In this document: positions 31,927 through 41,096 of the stretch, piece after piece
Layout: the number at the start of each line of letters is the position of its first letter
Position numbering within the stretch: the stretch's first letter is position 1
Assembly (NCBI GenBank): GCA_949106495.1
Contig: CARYZD010000004.1
Span: forward strand, 76,961 to 140,960
Source of the DNA: an uncultured Clostridia bacterium
GTDB taxonomy: Bacteria > Bacillota > Clostridia > TANB77 > CAG-465
DNA length: 64,000 nucleotides
Reading direction: 5' to 3'
Translations under genes and position numbers: made by a program
The notes under the pieces: model-generated
The model's input: the letters and a program-made list of their open reading frames with translations, nothing else
Told to the model about the DNA's origin: nothing
Database searches by the model: none

Positions 31927-33252
31927 TTATAAATTAATAATATATATTTTATTTGTATAAATTAAAGCTAAGCTTTTATTTCCATTAAATAATATGCTTT
32001 TTTTAGGTGTAAAATTAGTGGTTCTTTCTCCTAAATCTACTCCCCATTTATTTATTATACTAATATGATCTTGATAAATATAATAATTAATTAAATCACT
32101 ACTTACCATATTTTTAGGTACAGAATCAAACTTTGTAGAACATATTTTATTTCCATTATAACTTACATTCTCTACAACATAGGCATTTTCTTCCATACTT
32201 CTTTCTAAATAAGTATAATAATTATCATTAAGTGCAATAAATATCAATTGAGTATCATTAAATTCTTTTAATACATTTATATTTCCATTATCCACATTTA
32301 TTGATACTATTTCATCATTTAATAAAGCATATATTTCTTTTCCTTGAACATTAAAATCATATACAAATTTATTATCTAAAGATATTATATCTCTTAACTT
32401 GTCATCATCTTTTTTAGAAATGTTTATCTCTCTAAATTTTATACCAATATTTGAAGAATTAGTTACAGCTTCTGTAAAAATTATTTTTTGAGCATTATCT
32501 AATATCTTTAAAGATACAATACTTTCTTGACTTAAATATGCATCATATAAACTTTTTCCTTTTTTATTGTATACACTAATTATATTATTATATCCTGACT
32601 CTACAGAATATTGAATAGCCATATTTCCATATCTATCTAAAAAAGCATTTTTGATTTTTCCATCAATCTTTTTATTTAATATTTCATTTTGACTTTCAAA
32701 TAAATATATCATTCCAGTAGAATTATTAGTTACAAGCATATATCTACCCTCTACATAGATACTTGGTGTAAAACTGTCAGAAAAAGTGTGAGTCCATGTC
32801 ACTTCTCGCTCATCATTATATGTTGTTATTGTATTATTAGAATAAACATATAATTGCTCATTATAATTACCATATACATCACTATCTTTAGTGACAATTT
32901 CTATTTTATTATCATCAATATTTGTAGAAGATGATTTTATATGAATACCAAATATAGGACCATAATCATATAAAATCCAGCTAATAACTACAATTATAGC
33001 TAATACTATTATTATAGCTTTAGTATTAATTTTATATCTAATTTTAGGCCTCTCTATCATTTGACCTGTAGCATTTCTCTCAAATTTATTAATTCTCTTA
33101 TTTCTTTCAAAATCTAATTCTTCTTTATTTCTATTTACTATGTCTATACCTTGTGCTATATCTTTTTCTTCATCTAAAAATATAGACGAATTTTTATTTT
33201 CTTTCTTCTTCATAAAAATTCTCCCACTCTCTTGGCTCATAGTATTTCTCAT
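31927..33252 (-). CDS. Hypothetical single-pass membrane protein with a large extracytoplasmic repeat-like domain
   Basis: It has a charged N-terminal cytoplasmic region of about 75 aa, then one TM helix (IIIVLAIIVVISWIL), then about 340 aa that is N/Y/S-rich. The start is uncertain and it overlaps the rarA 3' end. Confidence 0.55.
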   Translation of the reverse strand: MRNTMSQESGRIFMKKKENKNSSIFLDEEKDIAQGIDIVNRNKEELDFERNKRINKFERNATGQMIERPKIRYKINTKAIIIVLAIIVVISWILYDYGPIFGIHIKSSSTNIDDNKIEIVTKDSDVYGNYNEQLYVYSNNTITTYNDEREVTWTHTFSDSFTPSIYVEGRYMLVTNNSTGMIYLFESQNEILNKKIDGKIKNAFLDRYGNMAIQYSVESGYNNIISVYNKKGKSLYDAYLSQESIVSLKILDNAQKIIFTEAVTNSSNIGIKFREINISKKDDDKLRDIISLDNKFVYDFNVQGKEIYALLNDEIVSINVDNGNINVLKEFNDTQLIFIALNDNYYTYLERSMEENAYVVENVSYNGNKICSTKFDSVPKNMVSSDLINYYIYQDHISIINKWGVDLGERTTNFTPKKSILFNGNKSLALIYTNKIYIINL

Positions 33253-34450
33253 TAATTAAATTATCTGGTAAATATTGTTGTTCAACTTTTCCGTGGTCAT
33301 AATCATGTGGATATTTATATCCCTCACCATATCCAAATTGTTCCATCCCAGATGCAGCAGCATTTCGTATATGCATTGGTACTTGTCCAACATCTTTTGT
33401 CCTTACATCTTCAATTGCTTTATTAATTCCTCTATAAGAAGTATTAGATTTTGGACTAAGTGCAATTGTTAAAGCTGCTTGAGCAAGTATAATTTTTGCC
33501 TCAGGCATTCCAATTTGATGTACTGCATTCATTGCAGCTACTGCAACTTTTAAAGCATCACTATTTGCAAGACCTACATCTTCAGATGATTGAATGACTA
33601 TTCTTCTTGCAATAAACATAGGGTCTTCTCCAGCATCTAACATTCTAGCAAGATAATGTAAAGTTGCATCAGGATCTGAGCCTCTCATAGATTTGATAAA
33701 TGCAGAAATAATATCATAATGTGAATCATCTGTCTTATCATAAACAGCTTTTTTCTGTTGAACACAATTAATTGCAATATTTTTATCTATATATATTAGA
33801 CCTTCTTCATTCATTTCAGTGGTTAAAACAGCTAATTCTAAAGCATTAAGAGCAGTTCTAACATCACCATTTGAACACATAGCTATATATTCTAATGCAT
33901 CCTTACTTATTTCTAAGTTATAATTTCCTAAACCATTTTCTTTATCTTTTATACAATTTTCTAGTATCTTAATTATATCACTATCTAGTAACTCTTTAAA
34001 TTTAAATACTGTTGACCTTGATATTAATGCTTTATTTACGGAAAAATATGGATTTTCTGTAGTCGCTCCAATTAATATTACTGTACCTTTTTCAACATGT
34101 GGTAATAATGCATCTTGTTGTAATTTATTAAATCTATGTATCTCATCTATAAATAGTATTACCTTACCTGTTGGATTAGTAAATATGTTTTGTGCTTCTT
34201 CTACAACAGCTTTTATATCTCCAACGCCTGATGTTGTAGCATTTAATGTTACAAATTTATTTTTAGTTCCACTTGCAATTACTCTTGCAAGTGAAGTTTT
34301 ACCACACCCAGGGGGTCCCCAAAATATTGCCGATGTAAGCTTATCTGCCTTAATTAATCTATATAATAATTTATCTTTTCCTACTATATCTTCTTGACCA
34401 TAAAAATCTTCTAATTTAGTAGGTTTCATTCTATATGCTAGTGGTTCCAT
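33194..34450 (-). CDS. rarA: Replication-associated recombination protein A (AAA+ ATPase RarA/MgsA)
   Basis: It has Walker A GPPGCGKTSLAR, Walker B ILFIDEIHRF, and the MgsA C-terminal domain. Confidence 0.9.
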   Translation of the reverse strand: MEPLAYRMKPTKLEDFYGQEDIVGKDKLLYRLIKADKLTSAIFWGPPGCGKTSLARVIASGTKNKFVTLNATTSGVGDIKAVVEEAQNIFTNPTGKVILFIDEIHRFNKLQQDALLPHVEKGTVILIGATTENPYFSVNKALISRSTVFKFKELLDSDIIKILENCIKDKENGLGNYNLEISKDALEYIAMCSNGDVRTALNALELAVLTTEMNEEGLIYIDKNIAINCVQQKKAVYDKTDDSHYDIISAFIKSMRGSDPDATLHYLARMLDAGEDPMFIARRIVIQSSEDVGLANSDALKVAVAAMNAVHQIGMPEAKIILAQAALTIALSPKSNTSYRGINKAIEDVRTKDVGQVPMHIRNAAASGMEQFGYGEGYKYPHDYDHGKVEQQYLPDNLINEKYYEPREWENFYEEERK

Positions 34451-34611
34451 AGTTCACCTCAATAAGTCTATTATTTCATATTAATTATATAATAAAACTT
34501 AGCTATAATCAAGGATAAGTAAACATATTAAGTTTTAATATAAAAAATGAGACTATTATAAATTAATAGTCTCGATTTATGGTATAAGTTATTAGCATAC
34601 TTTAAATATAT

Positions 34612-34875
34612 TTAATAATATTTTGGCCTTATAATCATCCAAATTATCCATAATCCCCCAGTAATAAATATCATTAATAAATCTAATGCTAAAGAATAAT
34701 GTCTTTTCATTCCTTTAACTGAATTAGATGCAGAAGATGAACTTGATGCACTGGATGAATTATTTATAATTATATTTTTGTCCTCTTTTTTGTTCATATT
34801 TTTTGTTTCTACTCCGCAATGTACACAAACAATAGCTTTATCATCTATTTCTTTTCCACAATTATAGCAAAACAT
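34612..34875 (-). CDS. Small zinc-ribbon membrane protein
   Basis: It has CYNCG...CVHCG, a Ser-rich linker, and a C-terminal TM helix. Confidence 0.55.
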   Translation of the reverse strand: MFCYNCGKEIDDKAIVCVHCGVETKNMNKKEDKNIIINNSSSASSSSSASNSVKGMKRHYSLALDLLMIFITGGLWIIWMIIRPKYY

Positions 34876-34998
34876 AGTAATCCCTCCTACTTGTATTTTA
34901 TATAAATATTATATCGTAATATGTCATATTATAGTTAACGATACACCGTTATATTGATACTCTAATTACTTGATATAATAATTATAGGACGTGAAAAT

Positions 34999-35238
34999 AT
35001 GACAATTTCTAAAGCGATATCAACAAGAATAATAAATATATGTAAAGAAAAAGACATAAGTATAAATAAATTAGCAAATTCAAGTTTTTTAACACAATCA
35101 ACTTTGCAATCTATAGTTGTAGGAGATAGTAATAATCCTAAATTATTAACAATTTCGCGAGTCTGTTATGGTCTTGAAATTACCTTAGAAGAATTTTTCT
35201 CTGATGATGTCTTTAAAGATATAGATTTAAATATTTAA
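34999..35238 (+). CDS. XRE-family helix-turn-helix transcriptional regulator (79 aa)
   Basis: Its HTH is ISINKLANSSFLTQSTLQSIVVG. Confidence 0.65.
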   Translation: MTISKAISTRIINICKEKDISINKLANSSFLTQSTLQSIVVGDSNNPKLLTISRVCYGLEITLEEFFSDDVFKDIDLNI

Positions 35239-35277
35239 AAAGGTAGCTACTATTAATATTAGTAACTACCTTTTTTA
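35237..35277. terminator. Bidirectional terminator between the HTH gene and the tkt C-subunit gene
   Basis: GGTAGCTAC...GTAACTACC imperfect stem flanked by an A-run and a T-run. Confidence 0.45.
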
Positions 35278-35279
35278 TG

Positions 35280-36185
35280 TTAAAATTTACTTATAATATT
35301 TTCTTTTGTAAGTCCAAAATATTTATATACTTCTTTCCAATTTCCAGATTTTCCAAAAGTATCATTTATGCCTATTTTTTCCAGCCTTTTAGGATATTCT
35401 TCACATAAAATATTAGATATAATACTCCCTATGCCTCCAATTATGCTATGATCTTCAATTGATACAAGTTTTTTGGTTTCTTTAGCACACTTTAATATAG
35501 TATCTTTATCTATTGGCTTTATACTATATAAATCTACTACTCTAACATTTATACCTTTTTCCATCAATTCCTTTTGAGCATTTAAAGCAATACTTACTGT
35601 TGAACCATATGCAAAAATAGTTCCATCAGTTCCATTTCCAAATATATTAGAACCACCTATTTTAAACTCATAGCTATCATCATATATATCATCCAAATCA
35701 CTTCTTCCTAAACGTATATATTTAGGTCCATCGGTATGTGTGCATACTTTTAAAATCTTTTTGGTACTTATATCATCTGCTGGAGATAATACTTTCATAG
35801 TAGGTATTACATTCATTAACGCAACATCTTCTATACATTGATGTGTTGGTCCATCTTCTCCAACCATCACTCCTGCATGAGTAGCACAAAGATTTACATT
35901 AACATGAGAATATGCGGCTGTATTTCTTACTTGATCATATGCTCTTCCTGCCATAAACATTGCAAATGTAGATGCAAATACAGTTTTTCCGCTAAGTGCT
36001 AAACCACATGCTGTACCTACCAAATCTTGCTCTGCAATTCCTAAATCTATATGTCTATTAGGATACTTTTTCATAAACATATCTGTTTTAGTTGCAGCAG
36101 CTAAATCTGCATCTAAAACAACTACATTAGGATTTTCTCCTATTTCTAATAAATATTCTCCATATGCTTTTCTTGTTGATTTCAT
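35280..36185 (-). CDS. Transketolase, C-terminal (pyrimidine-binding) subunit
   Basis: It contains GIAEQDLVGTACGLA and DGPTHQ. This is the split-tkt arrangement typical of Clostridia. Confidence 0.9.
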   Translation of the reverse strand: MKSTRKAYGEYLLEIGENPNVVVLDADLAAATKTDMFMKKYPNRHIDLGIAEQDLVGTACGLALSGKTVFASTFAMFMAGRAYDQVRNTAAYSHVNVNLCATHAGVMVGEDGPTHQCIEDVALMNVIPTMKVLSPADDISTKKILKVCTHTDGPKYIRLGRSDLDDIYDDSYEFKIGGSNIFGNGTDGTIFAYGSTVSIALNAQKELMEKGINVRVVDLYSIKPIDKDTILKCAKETKKLVSIEDHSIIGGIGSIISNILCEEYPKRLEKIGINDTFGKSGNWKEVYKYFGLTKENIISKF

Positions 36186-37081
36186 TAAATCACCTCTTCA
36201 ATTATATTATTAAAATTAAACAACTCTAATGTTGATATATCATTTTTTAATAAATCATCGTATTTTTCATCATTTGAAATTTTATTTGTATTATTATTTT
36301 TGTTATTTATTCTATCTAGCATTTCTGCATTTTGTGCATTTATTTTATTTAAAAATTCTTTACTATGAAATAAAGGAATTTTATTATTATCACTAAATAC
36401 TAATGCTTGTGAAGTTGGCTTATCAAATTTAAATTCATTTACTATACTATCTATAAAAGTATCTATTTCTTTAGATTTATAACCACAATTATTTACTATA
36501 CTTACTATTTCATATAAACTTTTATTCTCTGGTATGTATTTTTTATTCACAGTTTCAACTCTTTTCAAGCTATAATTTTCAAGCATAGCTTTTTTTATTT
36601 TTGCTTTACCAGTTATTTTCTCTATAAAGTTAATTTTAGAATATTTATTAATCTTTAAATCCAAAGATTTTATTTCCTCTTGTCTTATTAAATCATTTGC
36701 TTTAGTAGCAATTATATTAATATATTTTCTTATTTTTATATCTTTATCTTCGTTAACTAATTCACTTACGTTTTTTAACTTTATATCATCTAAATATAGC
36801 ATATTATTAAGTAGTTTATATTCTTCCATATAGTCGTTATTATCATTATTTTTATATCTTTCAAGTATATTATCTACTTTTTTTATATACATATTTAAAC
36901 CTTGTTTTACTTCTTCTGTTGTAGTATTTAATATATCTATGTTTATTCCAATATCTTTGGCAAAATTATATCTAGTAGCAAGTTCTTCATCATTCTTTTC
37001 TATTTTATTATTAATCTCAGTAGCTTTATTTTTTATTTTATCTAATCTAAAATTAATATCATTTTTAGATATATTTTCCAT
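36185..37081 (-). CDS. Hypothetical K/N-rich, predicted coiled-coil protein (298 aa) inserted between the transketolase subunit genes
   Basis: It has an RBS GGGAGG 10 nt upstream. It overlaps the downstream start by 1 nt. It is low-complexity and I recognise no motif. Confidence 0.5.
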   Translation of the reverse strand: MENISKNDINFRLDKIKNKATEINNKIEKNDEELATRYNFAKDIGINIDILNTTTEEVKQGLNMYIKKVDNILERYKNNDNNDYMEEYKLLNNMLYLDDIKLKNVSELVNEDKDIKIRKYINIIATKANDLIRQEEIKSLDLKINKYSKINFIEKITGKAKIKKAMLENYSLKRVETVNKKYIPENKSLYEIVSIVNNCGYKSKEIDTFIDSIVNEFKFDKPTSQALVFSDNNKIPLFHSKEFLNKINAQNAEMLDRINNKNNNTNKISNDEKYDDLLKNDISTLELFNFNNIIEEVI

Positions 37082-37091
37082 TTCTTCCTCC

Positions 37092-37895
37092 CTATTTAGA
37101 AAGTTCTTTCATTGCTAAATTATACTCTTCTTCACTTGGAGCTTTTCCATGCCATCCAGCATTATTCTCCATAAATGAAATTCCTTTTCCTTTAATTGTC
37201 TTTGCAATAATTATATTTGGTTTTTGTGAATTATTTGTATTATCTATAGCATTTAAAATTTGCTCAAAATTATGCCCATCAATTTCTTGAACATACCATC
37301 CAAAAGACTCAAATTTTTCTTTTAGTTTATCCACACTTTTAACATCTTTAATACTACCATCAATTTGTAATCCATTATAATCTAAGAAAGCTATAAGATT
37401 ATCTAATTTATATTTATTTGCTGTCATACATGCTTCCCAAATTTGACCCTCTTGTATTTCTCCATCACCTAAAACACAATATACTTTTCCTTTAGCATTA
37501 TCTAATTTCTTTGCAATAGCCATGCCATTTGCAATAGATAACCCTTGACCTAATGAACCACTTGAAGCATCTACTCCATTTATCTTATTTGATGGATGAC
37601 CTTCTAAATAACTATCTATTTTTCTTAATGTTTTTAAATCTTCATGTGGTATAAATCCTTTGTTAGCTAAAACAGCATAATATGCAGGCGCACAATGTCC
37701 TTTAGATAATATAAACTTATCTATTCTATTGCCATTATTGTCTAAATTTAAATTCATCTTTTCATGAAATATTGCAACTAAAATATCCGTACATGAAAGT
37801 GACCCACCTGGATGGCCAGATTTTGCATTATATACCATTTCAATTATATCTTTTCTAATTTCTTTAGATTTTTCTTCTAATTGTTCTATAGTCAT
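37092..37895 (-). CDS. Transketolase, N-terminal (TPP-binding) subunit
   Basis: It contains GHPGGSLS and GDGEIQEGQIWEA. Confidence 0.9.
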   Translation of the reverse strand: MTIEQLEEKSKEIRKDIIEMVYNAKSGHPGGSLSCTDILVAIFHEKMNLNLDNNGNRIDKFILSKGHCAPAYYAVLANKGFIPHEDLKTLRKIDSYLEGHPSNKINGVDASSGSLGQGLSIANGMAIAKKLDNAKGKVYCVLGDGEIQEGQIWEACMTANKYKLDNLIAFLDYNGLQIDGSIKDVKSVDKLKEKFESFGWYVQEIDGHNFEQILNAIDNTNNSQKPNIIIAKTIKGKGISFMENNAGWHGKAPSEEEYNLAMKELSK

Positions 37896-37904
37896 ATATA
37901 CCTC

Positions 37905-38372
37905 CTATATTTCCCTTCTTAATATCTCTATATAATTATAATTTGAATTATATGTTTCAAAATTCATATTTCTTATTTTTCTTATTAAATCGTCAATATT
38001 ATCTATACCATCTTTATAATATAATATATACCCTTCTTTTTCTAGTTCTTCACATATTTCTATTTGGTGATCATTAATATGTTCACCATATTTTTCGAGT
38101 CTTGGAACTGCTATAACTTTTTTCCCCTTTTTTACAGCTGAAAATATAGTACCAACGCCACCATGTGAAATTATTAAATCTGCTTCATCAATATATTTTT
38201 CCATCTCTTCTAATGGTATAAAATCAAAAGATTTTATTCTCTTACTATTATTACATTTAGTATATCCTCTTTGAACAACTAAATTTTCTTTTTTTAGTTC
38301 CTTGCTATTTCTTACAATATCAAAAATTCTCTCAAATGATTGCTTTTGAGTTCCAACAGTTACTAATACCAT
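37905..38372 (-). CDS. Alg13-like glycosyltransferase C-terminal-domain protein (GT28 C-terminal domain; PssE/Cps14G-like)
   Basis: It contains MVLVTVGTQKQSFERIFD and HGGVGTIFSA, and is 155 aa. Confidence 0.7.
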   Translation of the reverse strand: MVLVTVGTQKQSFERIFDIVRNSKELKKENLVVQRGYTKCNNSKRIKSFDFIPLEEMEKYIDEADLIISHGGVGTIFSAVKKGKKVIAVPRLEKYGEHINDHQIEICEELEKEGYILYYKDGIDNIDDLIRKIRNMNFETYNSNYNYIEILRREI

Positions 38373-38373
38373 A

Positions 38374-38838
38374 TTATATCAACCTTCCTATGTATTCAGC
38401 TTTATCATATTTCTCCTCAAGACTTTTCCACTGTACATAAAATTTATCTGCTATTTTATAAACATTATTACCTGTTCCAGAAAGTTCTTTAATTTTTGCC
38501 ATAGTTTCAATATATATAACTTTTGCTCCAAAAAATTTTCCTACATAGCAAAAAAAACCACCAATTTGAGCTCCTGTAGACACAATTGTATCAGGTTTAA
38601 ATTTTATTACAATTTTAATAGTTAAAAACAAATTTTGAATTATAGTCCAAATATATTTTATTTTATTTTTGCAAGGACCATATTTAATAAATTTCATATT
38701 ATACTTATTATCTAATTCTTTTGTAACATCTGTTTTCTCTGTAACAAGTAAATAATCATATTCATTAAATAGCTCTTGTATTTTTAACAACTCTGTTAAA
38801 TGCCCACCTGAACTTGCAGCAAAAATTACCTTTTTCAT
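38374..38838 (-). CDS. Alg14-like glycosyltransferase N-terminal-domain protein (PssD/Cps14F-like)
   Basis: It has the VIFAASSGGHLTEL motif and is 154 aa. It is adjacent to its Alg13-like partner. Confidence 0.7.
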   Translation of the reverse strand: MKKVIFAASSGGHLTELLKIQELFNEYDYLLVTEKTDVTKELDNKYNMKFIKYGPCKNKIKYIWTIIQNLFLTIKIVIKFKPDTIVSTGAQIGGFFCYVGKFFGAKVIYIETMAKIKELSGTGNNVYKIADKFYVQWKSLEEKYDKAEYIGRLI

Positions 38839-39875
38839 TAATTATCTCCTTTTACTATGTACTTAACATTATATTTATTTTCAAAATATATCTTATTTAT
38901 TTTTTTTGGTCCTACTGTAACTGAAATATATTTTGATGGAACATATACTACTATATCTTCATTTATATTTTCTTTATATATTTTTTCAATACTTTCTCTT
39001 ATAATTGCAGCCATGACATATTCAGCAAAGTTGTCACAAACAGGTCCAAAAATATTCGAATTAGATGATGTTATCTCAGAAGTAGACTGTAATCCTAGTC
39101 TAATAATTGCAACATTAGTTTTTTGGCATTCATTAATTATTGCTAAACAACGTTTTACAGCACTATTAATATCTAATGGCTTGTATATTTCTAAATTATA
39201 CATATCATATAATTCACTATCTTCAATAACATATACTGGATATAATCTTAATTGCTCTGGTTTTAATTTCAAACATTCTTTTATAGTATAAACTTCAGTA
39301 TCTATTGTACTTTTTGGTAATCCCACCATTACTTGATGTCCAAGTCTTATATTATGATTTCTAATTAACCTAGATGCTTTAATTACATCTTGTGATGTAT
39401 GTCCTCTTTTGGCGTAATTTAATATCTCATCGTCCATTGATTGAACTCCAAGCTCTATTGTTTCAACACCATATTCTTCAAGCATATTAAGAATTTCATC
39501 ATTAATATAATCTGGTCTTGTAGATAGACGAATACTATCTACTTTCTTACTCTGAATATATTTATTTGCTACTTTAAGATATTCTACTTGTAAATTAATA
39601 TCAATACCTGTAAAACTACCACCAAAAAACGCTATTTCAATTTTCTTATCTTTATTTGTATAGTAATTTAAATATTTCTGTATTATATTATCTACATCTT
39701 GAACTGTCACATCATTTATTTGACCACTTATCTTTTTTTGATTACAAAATATACAATTATTAGGACATCCTTTATGTGGTATAAATATAGGAATTGTATA
39801 TTGATTATCTTTATTATTAAAATTAATTAACTCTCTTTTTAAATCAAGTTTAATGTCCAAAAAATTCTCCTCCAT
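38838..39875 (-). CDS. Radical SAM domain protein (ELP3/YhcC-like, no acetyltransferase domain)
   Basis: It has CxxxCxxC in IPHKGCPNNCIFCNQ and a glycine-rich FFGGSFTG. Confidence 0.7.
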   Translation of the reverse strand: MEENFLDIKLDLKRELINFNNKDNQYTIPIFIPHKGCPNNCIFCNQKKISGQINDVTVQDVDNIIQKYLNYYTNKDKKIEIAFFGGSFTGIDINLQVEYLKVANKYIQSKKVDSIRLSTRPDYINDEILNMLEEYGVETIELGVQSMDDEILNYAKRGHTSQDVIKASRLIRNHNIRLGHQVMVGLPKSTIDTEVYTIKECLKLKPEQLRLYPVYVIEDSELYDMYNLEIYKPLDINSAVKRCLAIINECQKTNVAIIRLGLQSTSEITSSNSNIFGPVCDNFAEYVMAAIIRESIEKIYKENINEDIVVYVPSKYISVTVGPKKINKIYFENKYNVKYIVKGDN

Positions 39876-40557
39876 TTAATATTGCATAATGTGCTGCTTC
39901 TTGTTCTGCTTGTTTTTTACTTCTACCTTTTCCTTCGCCAATCTTTTTACCATTGAAAAATAAATCAATCGTAAATACTTTATCATGTTCAGGTCCTTCT
40001 TGCTTTTGTAATTTATATTCAATTCTTACTGTTCCATTTTTTTGTAAAATTTCTTGCAATTGTGTCTTATAATCTGTGTTTAAATTTCCACCTGCTAAAA
40101 CAGTTTTTATTTCTTTATCTAGTAACTCTAAGCATATATCTCTTGCTATTTCATATCCACCATCAAGGTATATTGCACCAAGTATGGCCTCAAATGCATC
40201 TGCAACAATTGCATCTTTCATTTTTCCATTTGAGTTTTGTTCACATTTACCAAGATATATATACTCATGTCCATTTATTCTTTTAAGCGCTCTACTAAGG
40301 GAAGCTTCACAAACAATAGCTGCTCTTTTTTTTGTCATTTCTCCTTCTGCAAGTTCAGGTACTTGAGAAAAGAGTACATCTGATATTATATGTTCTAAAA
40401 TTGCATCACCTAAAAATTCAATTCTTTCATTATACATATCATAATTTGGATTTGCTTGCTCATATGCATAAGATTTATGTGTAAGAGCCATTTTTAGTAA
40501 TTTAGGATTATTAAATATATACTTTAATTTTGCCTGTAACTCTAATATTCTTTCCAT
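39850..40557 (-). CDS. rnc: Ribonuclease III
   Basis: It has the RNase III signature ERIEFLGDAIL and a C-terminal dsRBD. Confidence 0.93.
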   Translation of the reverse strand: MERILELQAKLKYIFNNPKLLKMALTHKSYAYEQANPNYDMYNERIEFLGDAILEHIISDVLFSQVPELAEGEMTKKRAAIVCEASLSRALKRINGHEYIYLGKCEQNSNGKMKDAIVADAFEAILGAIYLDGGYEIARDICLELLDKEIKTVLAGGNLNTDYKTQLQEILQKNGTVRIEYKLQKQEGPEHDKVFTIDLFFNGKKIGEGKGRSKKQAEQEAAHYAILNGGEFFGH

Positions 40558-40650
40558 AAAATTCCTCCTTCATATACATTATATATGAGTTTAATATTTT
40601 TTTCAAGAAAAAAAGTGTCTTAGAACATTCTAAGACACTTTTTATTTAAT

Positions 40651-40887
40651 TTATTGATTGTTTTCAATATAATTTACAACATCTCCAACAGATGTGATTT
40701 TTTCTGCTTCTTCCTCTGGAATTTCCATATCAAATTCTTCTTCTAAAGCCATTATTAATTCAACAATATCAAGTGAATCAGCTCCTAAGTCATCGATAAA
40801 AGTAGTTTCAGTTGTAATTGAATCTGTATCATCAATACCTAATTGTTCACTAATTACTTCTTTTACTTTTTCTAAAACTGTATCCAT
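40651..40887 (-). CDS. acpP: Acyl carrier protein
   Basis: It contains [19 protein letters not shown], with the phosphopantetheine-attachment Ser. Confidence 0.9.
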   Translation of the reverse strand: MDTVLEKVKEVISEQLGIDDTDSITTETTFIDDLGADSLDIVELIMALEEEFDMEIPEEEAEKITSVGDVVNYIENNQ

Positions 40888-40961
40888 TTTATACACCTCC
40901 TCAAGATTTCTTTTTACACTTTATATGATTACTCACACAAAAATATTCTAAACATAACTTA

Positions 40962-40990
40962 ATTATCTAATATTTATTTAATATTGTCAA
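40962..40990 (-). promoter_or_regulatory. Sigma-A promoter of acpP-rnc and downstream genes
   Basis: Minus-strand TTGACA, a 17-nt spacer, then GATAAT. Confidence 0.45.
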
Positions 40991-41052
40991 GGAATTTTAT
41001 ATTATTTTAGTTAAAATATATAAATAATACAATATAAATTAAAAATAGATAT

Positions 41053-41080
41053 AAAAAAAAGGGCTCTAAAGCCCTTTTAT
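41053..41080. terminator. Intrinsic terminator after tuf
   Basis: AAAAAAAA-GGGCT-ctaa-AGCCC-TTTTAT, bidirectional in form. Confidence 0.6.
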
Positions 41081-41096
41081 ATTTAAAAGAATATTA

